Of a stretch of DNA of 64,000 nucleotides, positions 21,426 to 32,067 are shown piece by piece (positions within the stretch are counted from its first letter, which is position 1; each line of letters opens with the position of its first letter). The position numbers and the translations under genes were made by a program. Origin of the DNA: an uncultured Nitrososphaeraceae archaeon (GTDB lineage Archaea > Thermoproteota > Nitrososphaeria > Nitrososphaerales > Nitrososphaeraceae); assembly GCA_963779615.1 (NCBI GenBank), contig CAVZZA010000005.1, forward strand, positions 1 to 64,000, written 5' to 3'. A model generated the notes under the pieces. The model was not told the DNA's origin. It did not search any database and worked only from the letters and a program-made list of their open reading frames with translations.

Positions 21426-22100
21426 ATGATTAACAATGACCAGTTAAATGCGCTTATAAAGAGGGCTAGGGAAACAGCTCCAAAAAGAAAATTTACTCAA
21501 TCAGCCGAATTAACACTAGTGCTCAAAGACATTGATGTAAAAAAGGGATTTAGCTTAAACGAAATAGTTGTGTTGCCAAATCCCACAAAAAAAGGTCCCT
21601 CATTATGTGTTTTGGGTGGGGGAGACATGGGAATGAGAGCCAAAAGGGCAGGTGTCGAAACAGTGATGGAGCCTGACTCACTTGACCGACTAGGTTCAAA
21701 CAAAAGAGATGCAAGAAAAATTGTTCGTGCCCATGATTTCTTCCTAGCAGACGCAAGCTTAATGTCATCAGTGGGTCGTTCCTTGGGGCCGTTTCTGGGA
21801 CCCAAAGGCAAAATGCCCACACCTTTGCCCTACGGAGCTCCAATAGAGAGCATCGCATCAAGGTTGAGATCATCAACAAGAATTCGTTCAAAAAACCAAT
21901 TGAACATGTCAACCAAGATAGGCGATGAATCTTTAACTGATGATCAGATAGCGGCAAATGCCAGCGCAGTCATCTCAGCGGTTGAAAAGAAACTGCCCCA
22001 AGGTGATAAAAATCTAAGAAATACTATAATAAAGTTCACAATGGGCAAAGCGGTCAAGATGAACAGCTTTAACAAACAAACAAAAAATGAAAGCGTATGA
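21426..22100 (+). CDS. rpl1: 50S ribosomal protein L1
   Basis: KRKFTQSAEL, LGPKGKMPTP, KFTMG. Confidence 0.97.
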   Translation: MINNDQLNALIKRARETAPKRKFTQSAELTLVLKDIDVKKGFSLNEIVVLPNPTKKGPSLCVLGGGDMGMRAKRAGVETVMEPDSLDRLGSNKRDARKIVRAHDFFLADASLMSSVGRSLGPFLGPKGKMPTPLPYGAPIESIASRLRSSTRIRSKNQLNMSTKIGDESLTDDQIAANASAVISAVEKKLPQGDKNLRNTIIKFTMGKAVKMNSFNKQTKNESV

Positions 22101-23026
22101 GTCAAGCAACTACCACAACCACAGCTGATACTAACACTAACAATAAGATTAACAGCAGGACTAGCTACCCTGAAAGAAAAGTAAAACTTTACGATGAACT
22201 ACAAGACTTGGCCAAATCCTACAATGTTATTGCATTGTCTAAAATGACAAAAGTAAGGTCAGCACAATTAATGGCAATTAGAAAGAAATTTAGAAAGGAA
22301 ATAAAGATAATTACAATAAAAAACAAAGTAGCGCAAAGATCGTTTGAGAAAATACTTGGCGATGTAAAGGGATTGGAATTTCTCAACAAAGAGCTTGAAG
22401 GCCAGTGCGCATTAATGTTTACTAACATCAGTCCGTTTAAGTTAAACCTAACATTTGATAAAAATAAAATATTTTTGGCAGCTAAAGGTGGAGATATTGC
22501 ACCAAATGAACTTGTTGTACCCGCTGGAAATACCGGCATTAATCCAGGCCCGGTCTTGTCCGAATTTAAGGAATCAAAAGTTCCGACCAAAATAGATCAA
22601 GGCACAATTTGGGTATCAAAGGACACCAGAGTTGCAAAACCGGGGGATACGATTTCACAAAAATTAGCTGCACTATTAAGCAAACTAAACATCAAACCAA
22701 TAGAAGCTGGTGTTGCGGTTAATTTTGCAATCTCAGAAGGGCTTCAATTTAAAGAAAAAGATCTAAAGATCGTAATAGAGGATTATGTTAAAGAGCTAGT
22801 CAAATCATTCCAAGAGGCATTAGTGTTGTCGGTAGAGGCAGTGTACTTTAACAAAGAATCCATGCCGCTAATTTTGCAAAAAGCAAAACAGCATGCACTC
22901 TCATTGTCAAGCGAATCCGCATACCTGTCTCCTGAAACCACCGAATTGGTAATATCAAAAGCCAACTCAATAGCAGGCAGTTTATCACGTCAGCTGGATG
23001 AAAAAGGATACAAGTCCAACAACTAA
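22097..23026 (+). CDS. rpl10: 50S ribosomal protein L10/P0
   Basis: VPAGNTGINPGP, PTKIDQGTI, LLSKLNIKPI; ATGA overlap with rpl1. Confidence 0.96.
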   Translation: MSQATTTTTADTNTNNKINSRTSYPERKVKLYDELQDLAKSYNVIALSKMTKVRSAQLMAIRKKFRKEIKIITIKNKVAQRSFEKILGDVKGLEFLNKELEGQCALMFTNISPFKLNLTFDKNKIFLAAKGGDIAPNELVVPAGNTGINPGPVLSEFKESKVPTKIDQGTIWVSKDTRVAKPGDTISQKLAALLSKLNIKPIEAGVAVNFAISEGLQFKEKDLKIVIEDYVKELVKSFQEALVLSVEAVYFNKESMPLILQKAKQHALSLSSESAYLSPETTELVISKANSIAGSLSRQLDEKGYKSNN

Positions 23027-23046
23027 TCCCATATTTTTCAAAAATC

Positions 23047-23063
23047 TTTTTTTTTCAAAAAAA
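23047..23063. terminator. T9-C-A7 tract, possible bidirectional archaeal terminator
   Basis: Lies between convergent rpl10 and rpl12. Confidence 0.45.
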
Positions 23064-23191
23064 TAAAAATATTCAAAATCTCCTTCTGTTGTATTTTACT
23101 CAAAAATGTAGAAGGGGAAAATTACTAAAAATATTTAATTTTGGCGGAAGGTTGAGATAAATTAACAAACAATACAATAAAATGGAAAAAA

Positions 23192-23506
23192 TTAGCCGAA
23201 CAGTGAAGACAGACCTTCCAAGGCTTCTTCTTCCTTTTTCTCCTCTTTTTTCTCCTCTTCTTTGTCGGCAGCAGCTCCTGCATTTGACGATGCGGGTGCA
23301 GCAGCAGCAGCAGCAGATGGGGCAGCAGCTATTGGAGAGGCTTTTAGTGCATCTTCAATATTTACTTCACTTATAGCAGCAACTAGTGATTTGACTCTAA
23401 CATCATCAGGGGCAACCCCAGTGGCTTTTATTACATTTTTTATATTATCTTCATTAATATCTTGCTTTAATTTGTGCAACAGTAAAGCAGCATATACGTA
23501 TTCCAT
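23192..23506 (-). CDS. rpl12p: 50S ribosomal protein P1/L12
   Basis: [11 protein letters not shown], Ala-rich hinge, [13 protein letters not shown] tail. Confidence 0.98.
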   Translation of the reverse strand: MEYVYAALLLHKLKQDINEDNIKNVIKATGVAPDDVRVKSLVAAISEVNIEDALKASPIAAAPSAAAAAAPASSNAGAAADKEEEKKEEKKEEEALEGLSSLFG

Positions 23507-23543
23507 AATAAGTGAAAATTTGATACAACCTTAATATAAAACT

Positions 23544-24050
23544 TTATAAAATTCGTGCGCTGCGTGCTACCGCATAAACATGCTCTTTTAATTCTGGAGA
23601 TATGAGGGAATTCATTTTTTTAATTATAACATTCCTTGCCTCTAATTTTTCTTCCTGAGAGGGGGCATTAAAAAAATTACTAAAAATATCCGAAAAACTC
23701 TCTTTTAGCCACCCATCCAAAACAAAAAATCGATTTTCGTTGATAGGGAATATTTTATCATATTTTGCATCAACAATACCGTCATATGAGTAGGTATCAA
23801 CCTTGTCTATTATTAAAAATATACAATTGTTTGGGTCAGGATTATTTAGTGCATCTACCGGTTTACCACCGGCACGTCCAGCCCTTATTCTTTCTATTAG
23901 GCCTACGGGCCTGAAAAAGGAGCCTCTAACAGTATATGTTTTGTTATTGTTTTCTGCCATGACTCTCCCGATAACTATAAAATTGGAAATTTCATCGCGT
24001 TTCACAACAAAAACGAAACTACCAACTTTAATTTTTGATAATCCAAACAT
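23544..24050 (-). CDS. conserved hypothetical protein
   Basis: 168-aa clean ORF co-oriented directly upstream of rpl12p. Confidence 0.75.
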   Translation of the reverse strand: MFGLSKIKVGSFVFVVKRDEISNFIVIGRVMAENNNKTYTVRGSFFRPVGLIERIRAGRAGGKPVDALNNPDPNNCIFLIIDKVDTYSYDGIVDAKYDKIFPINENRFFVLDGWLKESFSDIFSNFFNAPSQEEKLEARNVIIKKMNSLISPELKEHVYAVARSARIL

Positions 24051-24194
24051 AATAAAAAATCAAAACCCTAATAATATATTATTTACTGAAAATAAAGAAA
24101 ATTTTTAATGGTATTTTTTTAACAATATCCAATTTTTTCAAAAATACTTAATTACATTTATTAATGTAGCTAATATTATAAAAATGAATCAAAC

Positions 24195-24671
24195 TTGCAA
24201 AGATTTGATGAGTTAGACATGAAAATATTGTCAGAATTAACAAAGGATGCAAGTATTTCTATTCCACAATTAAGTAAAAAGTTAAACATAAATTCGTCCG
24301 TTCTTTATAGCAGAATAAAAAGGCTGACGAAAAGAGAGCTCATTAAAAAATTTACAATCATCATAAACGAGTCCCATCTTGGAATTAACATAAAAGCAAC
24401 AGTTGGTATTAACAGGGACCCCAAATTAAAAGAACCCATACATAAAGAATTGTTAAAAATACCAGAAGTTCGATCTTTAATAGAAGTCACCGGTCGTTTT
24501 GACATAATATTAACAGTTTATGCAAAAACATTAGAAGAACTACACAAAGTGGTTATAGAAAGGATAGGAAAAATCGAAGGGCTTCAAACTACCGAAACAT
24601 TTGTGGAAATGCAAAGAACAGATAAGGAACCGGTATACCTGATTCAGTCTAATAAAGACTCTTATCAATGA
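24195..24671 (+). CDS. Lrp/AsnC family transcriptional regulator
   Basis: FDELDMKILSELTKDAS HTH and EVTGRFDI RAM domain. Confidence 0.93.
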   Translation: MQRFDELDMKILSELTKDASISIPQLSKKLNINSSVLYSRIKRLTKRELIKKFTIIINESHLGINIKATVGINRDPKLKEPIHKELLKIPEVRSLIEVTGRFDIILTVYAKTLEELHKVVIERIGKIEGLQTTETFVEMQRTDKEPVYLIQSNKDSYQ

Positions 24672-25457
24672 AATTGCAATATGTATTGAAATGGTCTCAG
24701 CAGTATCATAAAAAAATGTGCGAATAGCTTTTCCATGAATAAGCCAAGACTTGTACTAAAGATATTAAATTTGCTGCTACCAGCCTTGAAGACATCAAAA
24801 AATGAGGCCCTGCACATATCACAGAATGTATTTTCGTATACAAAAAAAGAAAAATTATTCAAAGTTGGTTATGGCACTGGGCACTGACCGTGGTGGATTT
24901 TGCCAAAGGGTCCAGAACATTATTGAAACGTCAGAAACCAAAAAAGGGTCCTGACTTTTGCAAAAATGAGAAAAAAGGTAGGGCAATGCTAATGTTTCTT
25001 GGCATCCGTGGTTGGGGGTGGTTTCCATTGCCATTATGGGTTTTGTATAGACGAATATTACAAACGAATTAAAAAGTTTATAATCTTTTTTTATCAGTAT
25101 GACATAACAATGTTCTTCTAACGTATAATCACAATAGTATTGACCTACAAATATAAAAAAAGAAATATTCTGAACTAAAATCCGCCTCATGAGTTATAAC
25201 GGTCACAAATCCTTTTTTCTTTCCCTGCTATCGACCTTGGCCTTTAGTTACAATCAAATCCTTTAACTTGGTGCTGAATTCTGCATATTGCACACATACA
25301 ATAGTCTAAATATGCTCCATTTCTCTGCAAGAACAATAGACATCTCAAAGTTAATATTTTTTGCCATGCCCATAATTTGCCACTAATATTCCATTAGTTG
25401 GAGAATCATTTAGAAATGTTAAAATAATATCAAAAGCCTAAAAAAAACAGAATTCAT

Positions 25458-25655
25458 TTGTTATCGTTATCAACCATTCCTAATACGGTTCAGAGAAAAA
25501 TAATAGAGATACTTCAGACTTTGAAATTAGCAAAAAAAACAAGCAAAGACGATTATTTTACTCACCTTAGGTTGGTGTTATTGGCCATAGGGGCTATTGG
25601 TGGAATAGGTTTCGTATTTAAATTGGTCGGAGAAGTTCTTTTTGTCGCAAAATAG
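25458..25655 (+). CDS. secE: protein translocase SecE/Sec61 gamma
   Basis: LKLAKKTSKDDY followed by a TM segment IGAIGGIGFVF. Confidence 0.85.
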   Translation: MLSLSTIPNTVQRKIIEILQTLKLAKKTSKDDYFTHLRLVLLAIGAIGGIGFVFKLVGEVLFVAK

Positions 25656-25771
25656 CAGTTATCGGCTATAGATATGAACTGCAGACTGTAATTTAAAAAG
25701 ATAACATTAAACTTGTTAATTGTTTCAAATAACTGATAACATCCATTCTTTGCAAGAAGAAGGTCACTGAA

Positions 25772-26017
25772 ATGGAATATAGCCCAATTGAGCTTGATAG
25801 TGAAAACAAAATCAAGATGAAACCCGAATTGATGGTAGAGGAAAAATTGTATCCTTTTATTTATGAAAACTCAGTTTTTTTGTTTTACAAAGATGAAAGT
25901 GAGATTATACACTGTTATGAAATAGCAGACAAAGAAATTAAAGATAGGATTATAAGCAATCCTGATAAAATAATAGAAATCCTTGATGAGGTAAATAATA
26001 ACAATAATTTAAAATGA
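25772..26017 (+). CDS. hypothetical protein
   Basis: 81-aa acidic ORF, co-oriented between secE and alba. Confidence 0.65.
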   Translation: MEYSPIELDSENKIKMKPELMVEEKLYPFIYENSVFLFYKDESEIIHCYEIADKEIKDRIISNPDKIIEILDEVNNNNNLK

Positions 26018-26098
26018 TGGTGACAGAAATGGCTCAGGTATTCCCATAAATAAGAAATTGAAATATTATTATAGGCTTTAATGCCTGCATAATATCTA

Positions 26099-26407
26099 AT
26101 GTCGAACGGTAAATACGAAACAGGAAGTAGAAAAGGCAATGAGATTTTTATTGGTAAAAAACCTCTAATGACCTATGTGACTGCTACACTAGTCCAATTA
26201 GCTAATGAACCAACAGTAGTCATAAAAGCAAGAGGAAAAAGCATTACAAGAGCTGTGGATGTTGCGCAAATAATTGTTAAAAGAATGGACTCTTTGGGAT
26301 ACAGGGTTCAAAGTGTAAAATTAGGATCTGACCTTTTGACCAGCACTGAAGGTGACAAACCTAGAACGGTATCCACAATTGACGTATCATTATCCAGATC
26401 AAAATGA
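26099..26407 (+). CDS. albA: DNA/RNA-binding protein Alba
   Basis: IFIGKKPLMTYV, IKARGKSITRAVDVA. Confidence 0.96.
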   Translation: MSNGKYETGSRKGNEIFIGKKPLMTYVTATLVQLANEPTVVIKARGKSITRAVDVAQIIVKRMDSLGYRVQSVKLGSDLLTSTEGDKPRTVSTIDVSLSRSK

Positions 26408-26508
26408 TACAAAAAACGCAATTTACCATCAAATCTTATAAAACAAGGCGATTGTTTTAATATTTTAACGTTTTAATATTTTAATAAAGGCTTTTTCATA
26501 CTGTATCC

Positions 26509-27127
26509 ATGCAAAAAAGACTAGATTTCCCGTTTTGTAAATATGGGCAAAAAGCTCTTCTTTCAATAACAGTATCAACCTTACTAGCTATACTATGTCA
26601 CACATCTATCAATAATAATCCGGATGCTTCAGGGTTTTTTTTTAATGATCAAAAAGCTCCCATGCTAACGTATGAAAATAATGAGTTTAAGTTTAAGATA
26701 GGTTATCCCGATAATTGGGAAAGATCGGTTAAAATAAATAACGAAATTACATTCGTTTCTCCCAAGGACAAGGATTCTGTCAGTAGCCCGGGGGGGCTTG
26801 TCATAAAGGTGGTTTCCCTTCAGTCAAAAAATGTATCTATAGGGCCTGTTTCTAACGCGTTAATGTCTCAACTAAAAAAAGAGCACAAAGACTTTAAGTT
26901 AGAATCGTCTCAGGATTTCGTCATTGGAGGAAAAAAGGCAAAAAAAATTATCTTTACTGCCACAGATAACAGACTTCAAGAGAGAAAAGCTTTACAAATA
27001 ATTACAATAAATAACAATAACATATTTATAATTACTTACAAGGCATCAATAAACAAGTTACTCTACCTATGAGGGCACAATCAATGACATGATATCATCC
27101 TTTAAGTTTACAACAGCAACAAAATAA
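26509..27127 (+). CDS. PsbP-like exported protein (one extra T near 27058 truncates the computed ORF)
   Basis: TYENNEFKFKIGYPDNW motif; removing one base restores YSTYEGTINDMISSFKF...*. Confidence 0.8.
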
Positions 27128-27134
27128 TTTTTTT

Positions 27135-27202
27135 AAAATTGCTTGGCAGGACGATTGTGTCATCCCGCCAAGCATGTTCCCCTTCGGTTTGGTCGATGTG
27201 CC
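27135..27202 (-). ncRNA. candidate small RNA with a 15-bp hairpin
   Basis: Minus strand UGCUUGGCGGGAUGA-CACAA-UCGUCCUGCCAAGCA (27140-27174) with two G-U pairs; TTTAAATA at 27229-27222 upstream and U-rich sequence downstream. Confidence 0.5.
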
Positions 27203-27830
27203 TACGTATACAAGAGTATCATATTTAAACCTATCAAAATTTAACAGGATCGGTCATCAACTTTCATCCATTTTTCCATTGTTCAGGTATAAAAAAGATA
27301 TTGGCATATTTTAATGCAGGTTTTTTCTTTTCCACATGACAAAGGAAATAAATACTGACAGTTCGTTTTGTTTTGGCAATTAATATAGGCAATATATTGC
27401 ATGGCAACCACCATAAAAGAAATACAGGTTACGTTGTCCTATAGTTATAAAGTCGGCATCCTTTTAGAAACCTTCACCTTCAACACTGGAGAATAATGTT
27501 TCCCTGGTTTAAAGGAAATACCCAAAAAAACTATGCATCCGCCTCTAAAAAGATAATTTCCATCAATTGTCAATCGACCTTTTGCTTTTAGGATTTCACA
27601 TTTATTTTTCCCAGATGAAGGTTTGGAAAAGAGGGCCTCTTGCTTAATTTGTGGTGAATAATCGCCATTGGATTTGGGCAGAGTGTGAAATTCATTTTCC
27701 TTTTTTTGTAAAAAAAATCCCGTTATTAAAGAAACAAAGTATCAAAATCCAGTGTTGTTTCCATCGCCATATAATCCCCAACCAAAAAAGTCTTCACAAC
27801 CACAACCACAATTGTAAATATTTTTTACTT

Positions 27831-28238
27831 ATGATGGGAGAGGAAAATATGATGAACATAAAAAAGCCTGAAACAATTATAATATTTTTGATAATAATAG
27901 TAGCAGGAGTAATAATATTTAACCTAGTTGTTTCCATTCCAACTAGAAACTATTCACTAGAAGTTGACGCACTAAAGGATCCAGAATCATTACTTGTAAA
28001 TTCAAGGGTGGTTTTAAAAAACTCGGGACTTCAACCCTTAAGTGATATTAACATTGTTTACGATAACAATTTAAAATTTTACGAAAAGATTAACACCATA
28101 AAATCTGGGGAAACAATAATCCTTTCTCCTCCAGAGGGCACTTCATTAAAAACAGTGCATGTTAAAACTAAAGAAGGTTTAGACATAACTAAGGAATTTA
28201 GAACCCCTATAAAGCTGCCAGGGATGATAGGCTCTTGA
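27831..28238 (+). CDS. membrane-anchored hypothetical protein
   Basis: Single N-terminal TM, then a beta-rich domain (VVLKNSG..PL); start uncertain. Confidence 0.75.
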   Translation: MMGEENMMNIKKPETIIIFLIIIVAGVIIFNLVVSIPTRNYSLEVDALKDPESLLVNSRVVLKNSGLQPLSDINIVYDNNLKFYEKINTIKSGETIILSPPEGTSLKTVHVKTKEGLDITKEFRTPIKLPGMIGS

Positions 28239-28334
28239 ATGCTTTTATTTATTATTTTTCTTATTTTATACAAAAATATAGTAATGATTAAATAGAGTCT
28301 CTCGTTCAATATGAAAAATTCCTAATGACCTATT

Positions 28335-29213
28335 CTATAGAACACTATTTGAAGAGGATAATCTCAATATCTTTTTTTGTTGGATGTCTCTAACTAATAG
28401 AGACCCGTCATCAGACACATCAATTATTTTCCCTTCAAATTCAACATTATTTTCATCCTTAAAGGAATAAGGGAGATAGTTTTTTGAGGTCATTATCCTT
28501 TCTTTATAGCTCCTTACAACGTAATCATCAAGAAAAGACTTGCTGTTAATGATCTTTGAGAGATAGATGTTAAGACTATTAAGCAAACGGGATACAAATG
28601 AAATGTTGGAGACATCTACACCATTGAATTCTTTTTTTAATGTCGTTATCTCATAATGGGGCAAGATGGCGGAGACAGCCGTATTGTTTTTTTCAATTTC
28701 AAGTGTTGTTGAGTTTATATCATTATTGGTATTTATTCCAATCCCAAGTACTATCCTATTTGTGCTACCATCAGGGCCGGTTTCAGCATCTAGTAAAACT
28801 CCGGCCACCTTTTTTCCATTTATGAAAATGTCATTAGGCCATTTTATGCCAGGTTTTAGGCCGGCAGTTTCCTTTTCTATTGTTTCGCAAACGCAAATGG
28901 CAGAAATCATTACAAAAGAATATAAATTTTCAATCTTCAAGCCCGTTTCTAGAATAAGAGACATCCAAATCCCCCCTTTAGGTGAATACCATGTAGATCC
29001 TTTTCTGCCTTTACCACAGGTCTGTAAACTACAAATGATTACGGAAGGATTGACCTTTTTTTTTCTTTTTAATAGATTTAATGCAAAATCCTGGGTTGAG
29101 GGCAGCTTATCGAAATAGTAAAAATCTTTAAAAATGAAATTATTACCGGATGACTCAATGATATCAGAAACAAAGCTAATATGTTTTTTTTTCGATACAT
29201 ATATCTTCCACAA
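28335..29213 (-). CDS. birA: biotin-[acetyl-CoA carboxylase] ligase
   Basis: STQD, QT.GKGRKG..W.SP.GG, IKWPNDI...KKVAGVL, GIGIN. Confidence 0.95.
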   Translation of the reverse strand: MWKIYVSKKKHISFVSDIIESSGNNFIFKDFYYFDKLPSTQDFALNLLKRKKKVNPSVIICSLQTCGKGRKGSTWYSPKGGIWMSLILETGLKIENLYSFVMISAICVCETIEKETAGLKPGIKWPNDIFINGKKVAGVLLDAETGPDGSTNRIVLGIGINTNNDINSTTLEIEKNNTAVSAILPHYEITTLKKEFNGVDVSNISFVSRLLNSLNIYLSKIINSKSFLDDYVVRSYKERIMTSKNYLPYSFKDENNVEFEGKIIDVSDDGSLLVRDIQQKKILRLSSSNSVL

Positions 29214-29253
29214 TGTCTATCATCAGCACCTCTCCATAGATTTCATCAAATTA

Positions 29254-30201
29254 TTATTTGTTGATGTATTTGCTAATACATAATATCAATATCCCTATTA
29301 CAATAGAAAGTCCATAAAGCCTAGAAAAAAGGACAGTCTTTCCCATAATTTTTTCATATGATGAATAATCTAGTCCATTTTTATTTTGATGTAGATAAGC
29401 ATTAAATTTTATTAGGATCGTTATTCCCAGAGGTATTAAAAAAAGGCTTGGAATAATCAGCAAAACATTGTCCATAACAGAAAAATAAAAAACAGCAGTC
29501 AACAAATAGATGAAAATAAAAAAGCCTGAAACGAGTAAGAATGTCTTTGAGGCTGCATAGTTTTCCAGAATAATTGCCATAGTTTTTCTACCTTTTTCTT
29601 TATCAGCCCTAACATCAGGAATTGAATTAATAAAAAGAACTAATGATGACAGCAATCCAATCACAATTCCTGCAGTAATCGACTCTAAAATTATGGTACC
29701 AGCCTGAACATAAAATGAACCAATAACTATCAGAGCTCCTTTGATTCCCACAAAAAGCTCCCCTAACCCCAGATTAACCAATTTGGTAGAGTACAATACT
29801 ATTGACAACGTCGCAAAACCAAGAATCAATCCAACAACATAGCCTTTAATGAAAACAAAATAGACCCCGATTAACAATCCAAATACCAAAAATAATATTC
29901 CTGCCCTGTACACCTCATGGGGTTTTAATAGGCCTTCAGGCAGAACTCCCGTGCCTCCACTAAATTTTGTTTTTTTTGTAACCAAATCTATCCCACGTTT
30001 GTAATCCCAATAATCATTCAACAAATCTACGCTCGAATGAAGACAAAAAATTCCCAAGTAAGTAAAAAAAGCAAAAAAAACATTAAAACCATTTGGCTGA
30101 TACCAATAGCTTAAAACTAGTCCAATGGTAACAGCAATAGCTGAAGCTGCCAGAAATCTAAACCTAATAGCCCTAAGCCAAATCTTTAATCCAGAATGCA
30201 T
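29254..30201 (-). CDS. UbiA/MenA family prenyltransferase
   Basis: NDYWDYKRGID and NSIPDVRADKEKGRKT motifs; multiple TM segments. Confidence 0.9.
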   Translation of the reverse strand: MHSGLKIWLRAIRFRFLAASAIAVTIGLVLSYWYQPNGFNVFFAFFTYLGIFCLHSSVDLLNDYWDYKRGIDLVTKKTKFSGGTGVLPEGLLKPHEVYRAGILFLVFGLLIGVYFVFIKGYVVGLILGFATLSIVLYSTKLVNLGLGELFVGIKGALIVIGSFYVQAGTIILESITAGIVIGLLSSLVLFINSIPDVRADKEKGRKTMAIILENYAASKTFLLVSGFFIFIYLLTAVFYFSVMDNVLLIIPSLFLIPLGITILIKFNAYLHQNKNGLDYSSYEKIMGKTVLFSRLYGLSIVIGILILCISKYINK

Positions 30202-30463
30202 AATTTTTATCTAATCAAAAAGCATTGGACATTATAGTACAATATAAATACACGTGCGTTGGGTAACTAAGCCATTAGTTATTTTATTCACAATGTGATG
30301 AATGAAATTTTTGTATTTTTAGTGTTAACCAGAAATTTTTGTAGCGCCGGATGCTGGAAGGCCTGAAGGGCCTTTTAAAGCAACAATACTTCACTACTAG
30401 CAAATATTGATAGAGCTGTATTCATTATCTTCTTGCTCTTCTTCCATATATTAAAAAAAATAT

Positions 30464-30634
30464 TTAGAATTTTTCCAATTCAATTGTAAAGTCAAGGGGG
30501 TTTAATCCAATACCACAAGACTTACACCTATATTTTGTGACCCTAAGTACGTCTTTAATTGGCTTGATGGTTATCATGTGTTTTAATTTATCACCACAAG
30601 AGTCACAATAAACTTCTATTACAGGGCAAGACAT
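30464..30634 (-). CDS. small zinc-ribbon protein, 56 aa
   Basis: Manual translation MSCPVIEVYCDSCG...YRCKSCGIGLNPLDFTIELEKF*, two CxxC pairs. Confidence 0.75.
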   Translation of the reverse strand: MSCPVIEVYCDSCGDKLKHMITIKPIKDVLRVTKYRCKSCGIGLNPLDFTIELEKF

Positions 30635-30785
30635 TTCATTTTTATTGGTTCAGCCTCAATAAATTAGAATAGAGTTAATAAATATTGACACAAAAATAAA
30701 AAAACAAAAATAAAAAATAGGGTTATTTTATGCTTGCTATTTTTATTAAGGAAATAATAAATATCTTGGTAATTTTTTTTCAAGT

Positions 30786-30926
30786 GTGCCAGTAGACCCA
30801 GTATGCGGAATAGAATTAGACAAAGAACTAGCCACAACCTTTGAACACAAAAAAATGACATTTTTCTTTTGTTGTGAAGGATGCAAAAAACTATTTGAAA
30901 AAAAACCGAAAAAATACATAAAATAG
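30786..30926 (+). CDS. YHS/TRASH domain protein, 46 aa
   Basis: Manual translation MPVDPVCGIEL...FFFCCEGCKKLFEKKPKKY. Confidence 0.88.
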   Translation: MPVDPVCGIELDKELATTFEHKKMTFFFCCEGCKKLFEKKPKKYIK

Positions 30927-30968
30927 GCAAATATTTTAAGATATTGGACAACAATTATTATTAATTAA

Positions 30969-32018
30969 ATGAAAACAGCAGTAATTGACGACGATAACGC
31001 AGTAAAAATAGTAAACGCAGACTTACCTAAGGTAAACAAAAATGATGTTTTAGTTAAGATGAAGTCATGTGGCATATGCGGCTCGGATCTAGAAAAGGTA
31101 TTTGGCAGGTATGGAATGAAGTCATCCAAAATAGGTCATGAACCAGCTGGGGAAATAATCGATTTGGGGGAGAACGTCAAAAACTTTAGCATAAAAGACA
31201 GGGTGTTTATTCACCATCATGTTGCATGTTATTCTTGCCACTATTGTTATAATGAAGACTTTACAATGTGTGAAAAATATCAATCAAGCAACATAGAACC
31301 ATCAGGTTTATCAGATTATATCCTAGTGCCTGAGTGGAATGTTATAAGGGGCGGACTTGTAAAACTACCGGAAAATATTAATTTCAATCAAGCCGCTTTA
31401 ATAGAGCCTGTCGCATGCTGTCTTCGATCATTAAACAAACTCAATATGAAAAAAGCAGACAAAATTGCGATATTCGGAGCAGGGCCAACAGGGCTAATTC
31501 ACATGATTTTAGCCAAGCATTTTGGAGCATCCAAAATAATTTTAGTGGACATAAATGAATTTAGATTAAACTTTGCAAAAAATATTGACTCTAGTATCAC
31601 CACAATAAACTTGAAAAACAATATCAACAACCAACAATTTGAAAATATAGTTTTTTCAAATGTTGGAAGTATTGGCGTGGACATGTCAATAATTTCCACC
31701 AGTAATCTTGATGCGTTTGTTAGATCGATAGCAATTACCCGCAGGGGAGGAACTATATCCCTTTTTGGGGTTCCACCTAAAAATTCAGACCTAAAAATAG
31801 ATTTTAACCTGATATATTCAAAGGAATTAAAGATTATCCCAAGTTATGCAACAACTGAAAAAGAAATTCATCAAACAATAGCCTTGATAAAAAACAACAT
31901 TATAGACATCGAACCACTAATAACTCATAAATTCGTGTTGGATGATTCACAAGAAGCCCTAAGCCATGCGCACAGTGGCAAAGATGCAATGAAAATAATC
32001 ATTACTGCATCGGACTGA
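30969..32018 (+). CDS. zinc-dependent alcohol/polyol dehydrogenase
   Basis: CGICGSD, GHE, structural CxxCxxC, GAGPTG. Confidence 0.93.
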   Translation: MKTAVIDDDNAVKIVNADLPKVNKNDVLVKMKSCGICGSDLEKVFGRYGMKSSKIGHEPAGEIIDLGENVKNFSIKDRVFIHHHVACYSCHYCYNEDFTMCEKYQSSNIEPSGLSDYILVPEWNVIRGGLVKLPENINFNQAALIEPVACCLRSLNKLNMKKADKIAIFGAGPTGLIHMILAKHFGASKIILVDINEFRLNFAKNIDSSITTINLKNNINNQQFENIVFSNVGSIGVDMSIISTSNLDAFVRSIAITRRGGTISLFGVPPKNSDLKIDFNLIYSKELKIIPSYATTEKEIHQTIALIKNNIIDIEPLITHKFVLDDSQEALSHAHSGKDAMKIIITASD

Positions 32019-32067
32019 TATTCAAAATTTTTATAACATCCCAAGAAAAGCATTATTAGTGAACAGT

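Noticed and set aside
25200-25410. Cys-containing minus-strand stretch before secE as a small ribosomal or zinc-finger gene
   Set aside because: No frame gives a recognisable protein with a clean start.
30340-30380. Short GC-rich hairpin AAGGCC-TGAAG-GGCCTT as a tRNA or 5S fragment
   Set aside because: Only a 6-bp stem with no cloverleaf or rRNA context.
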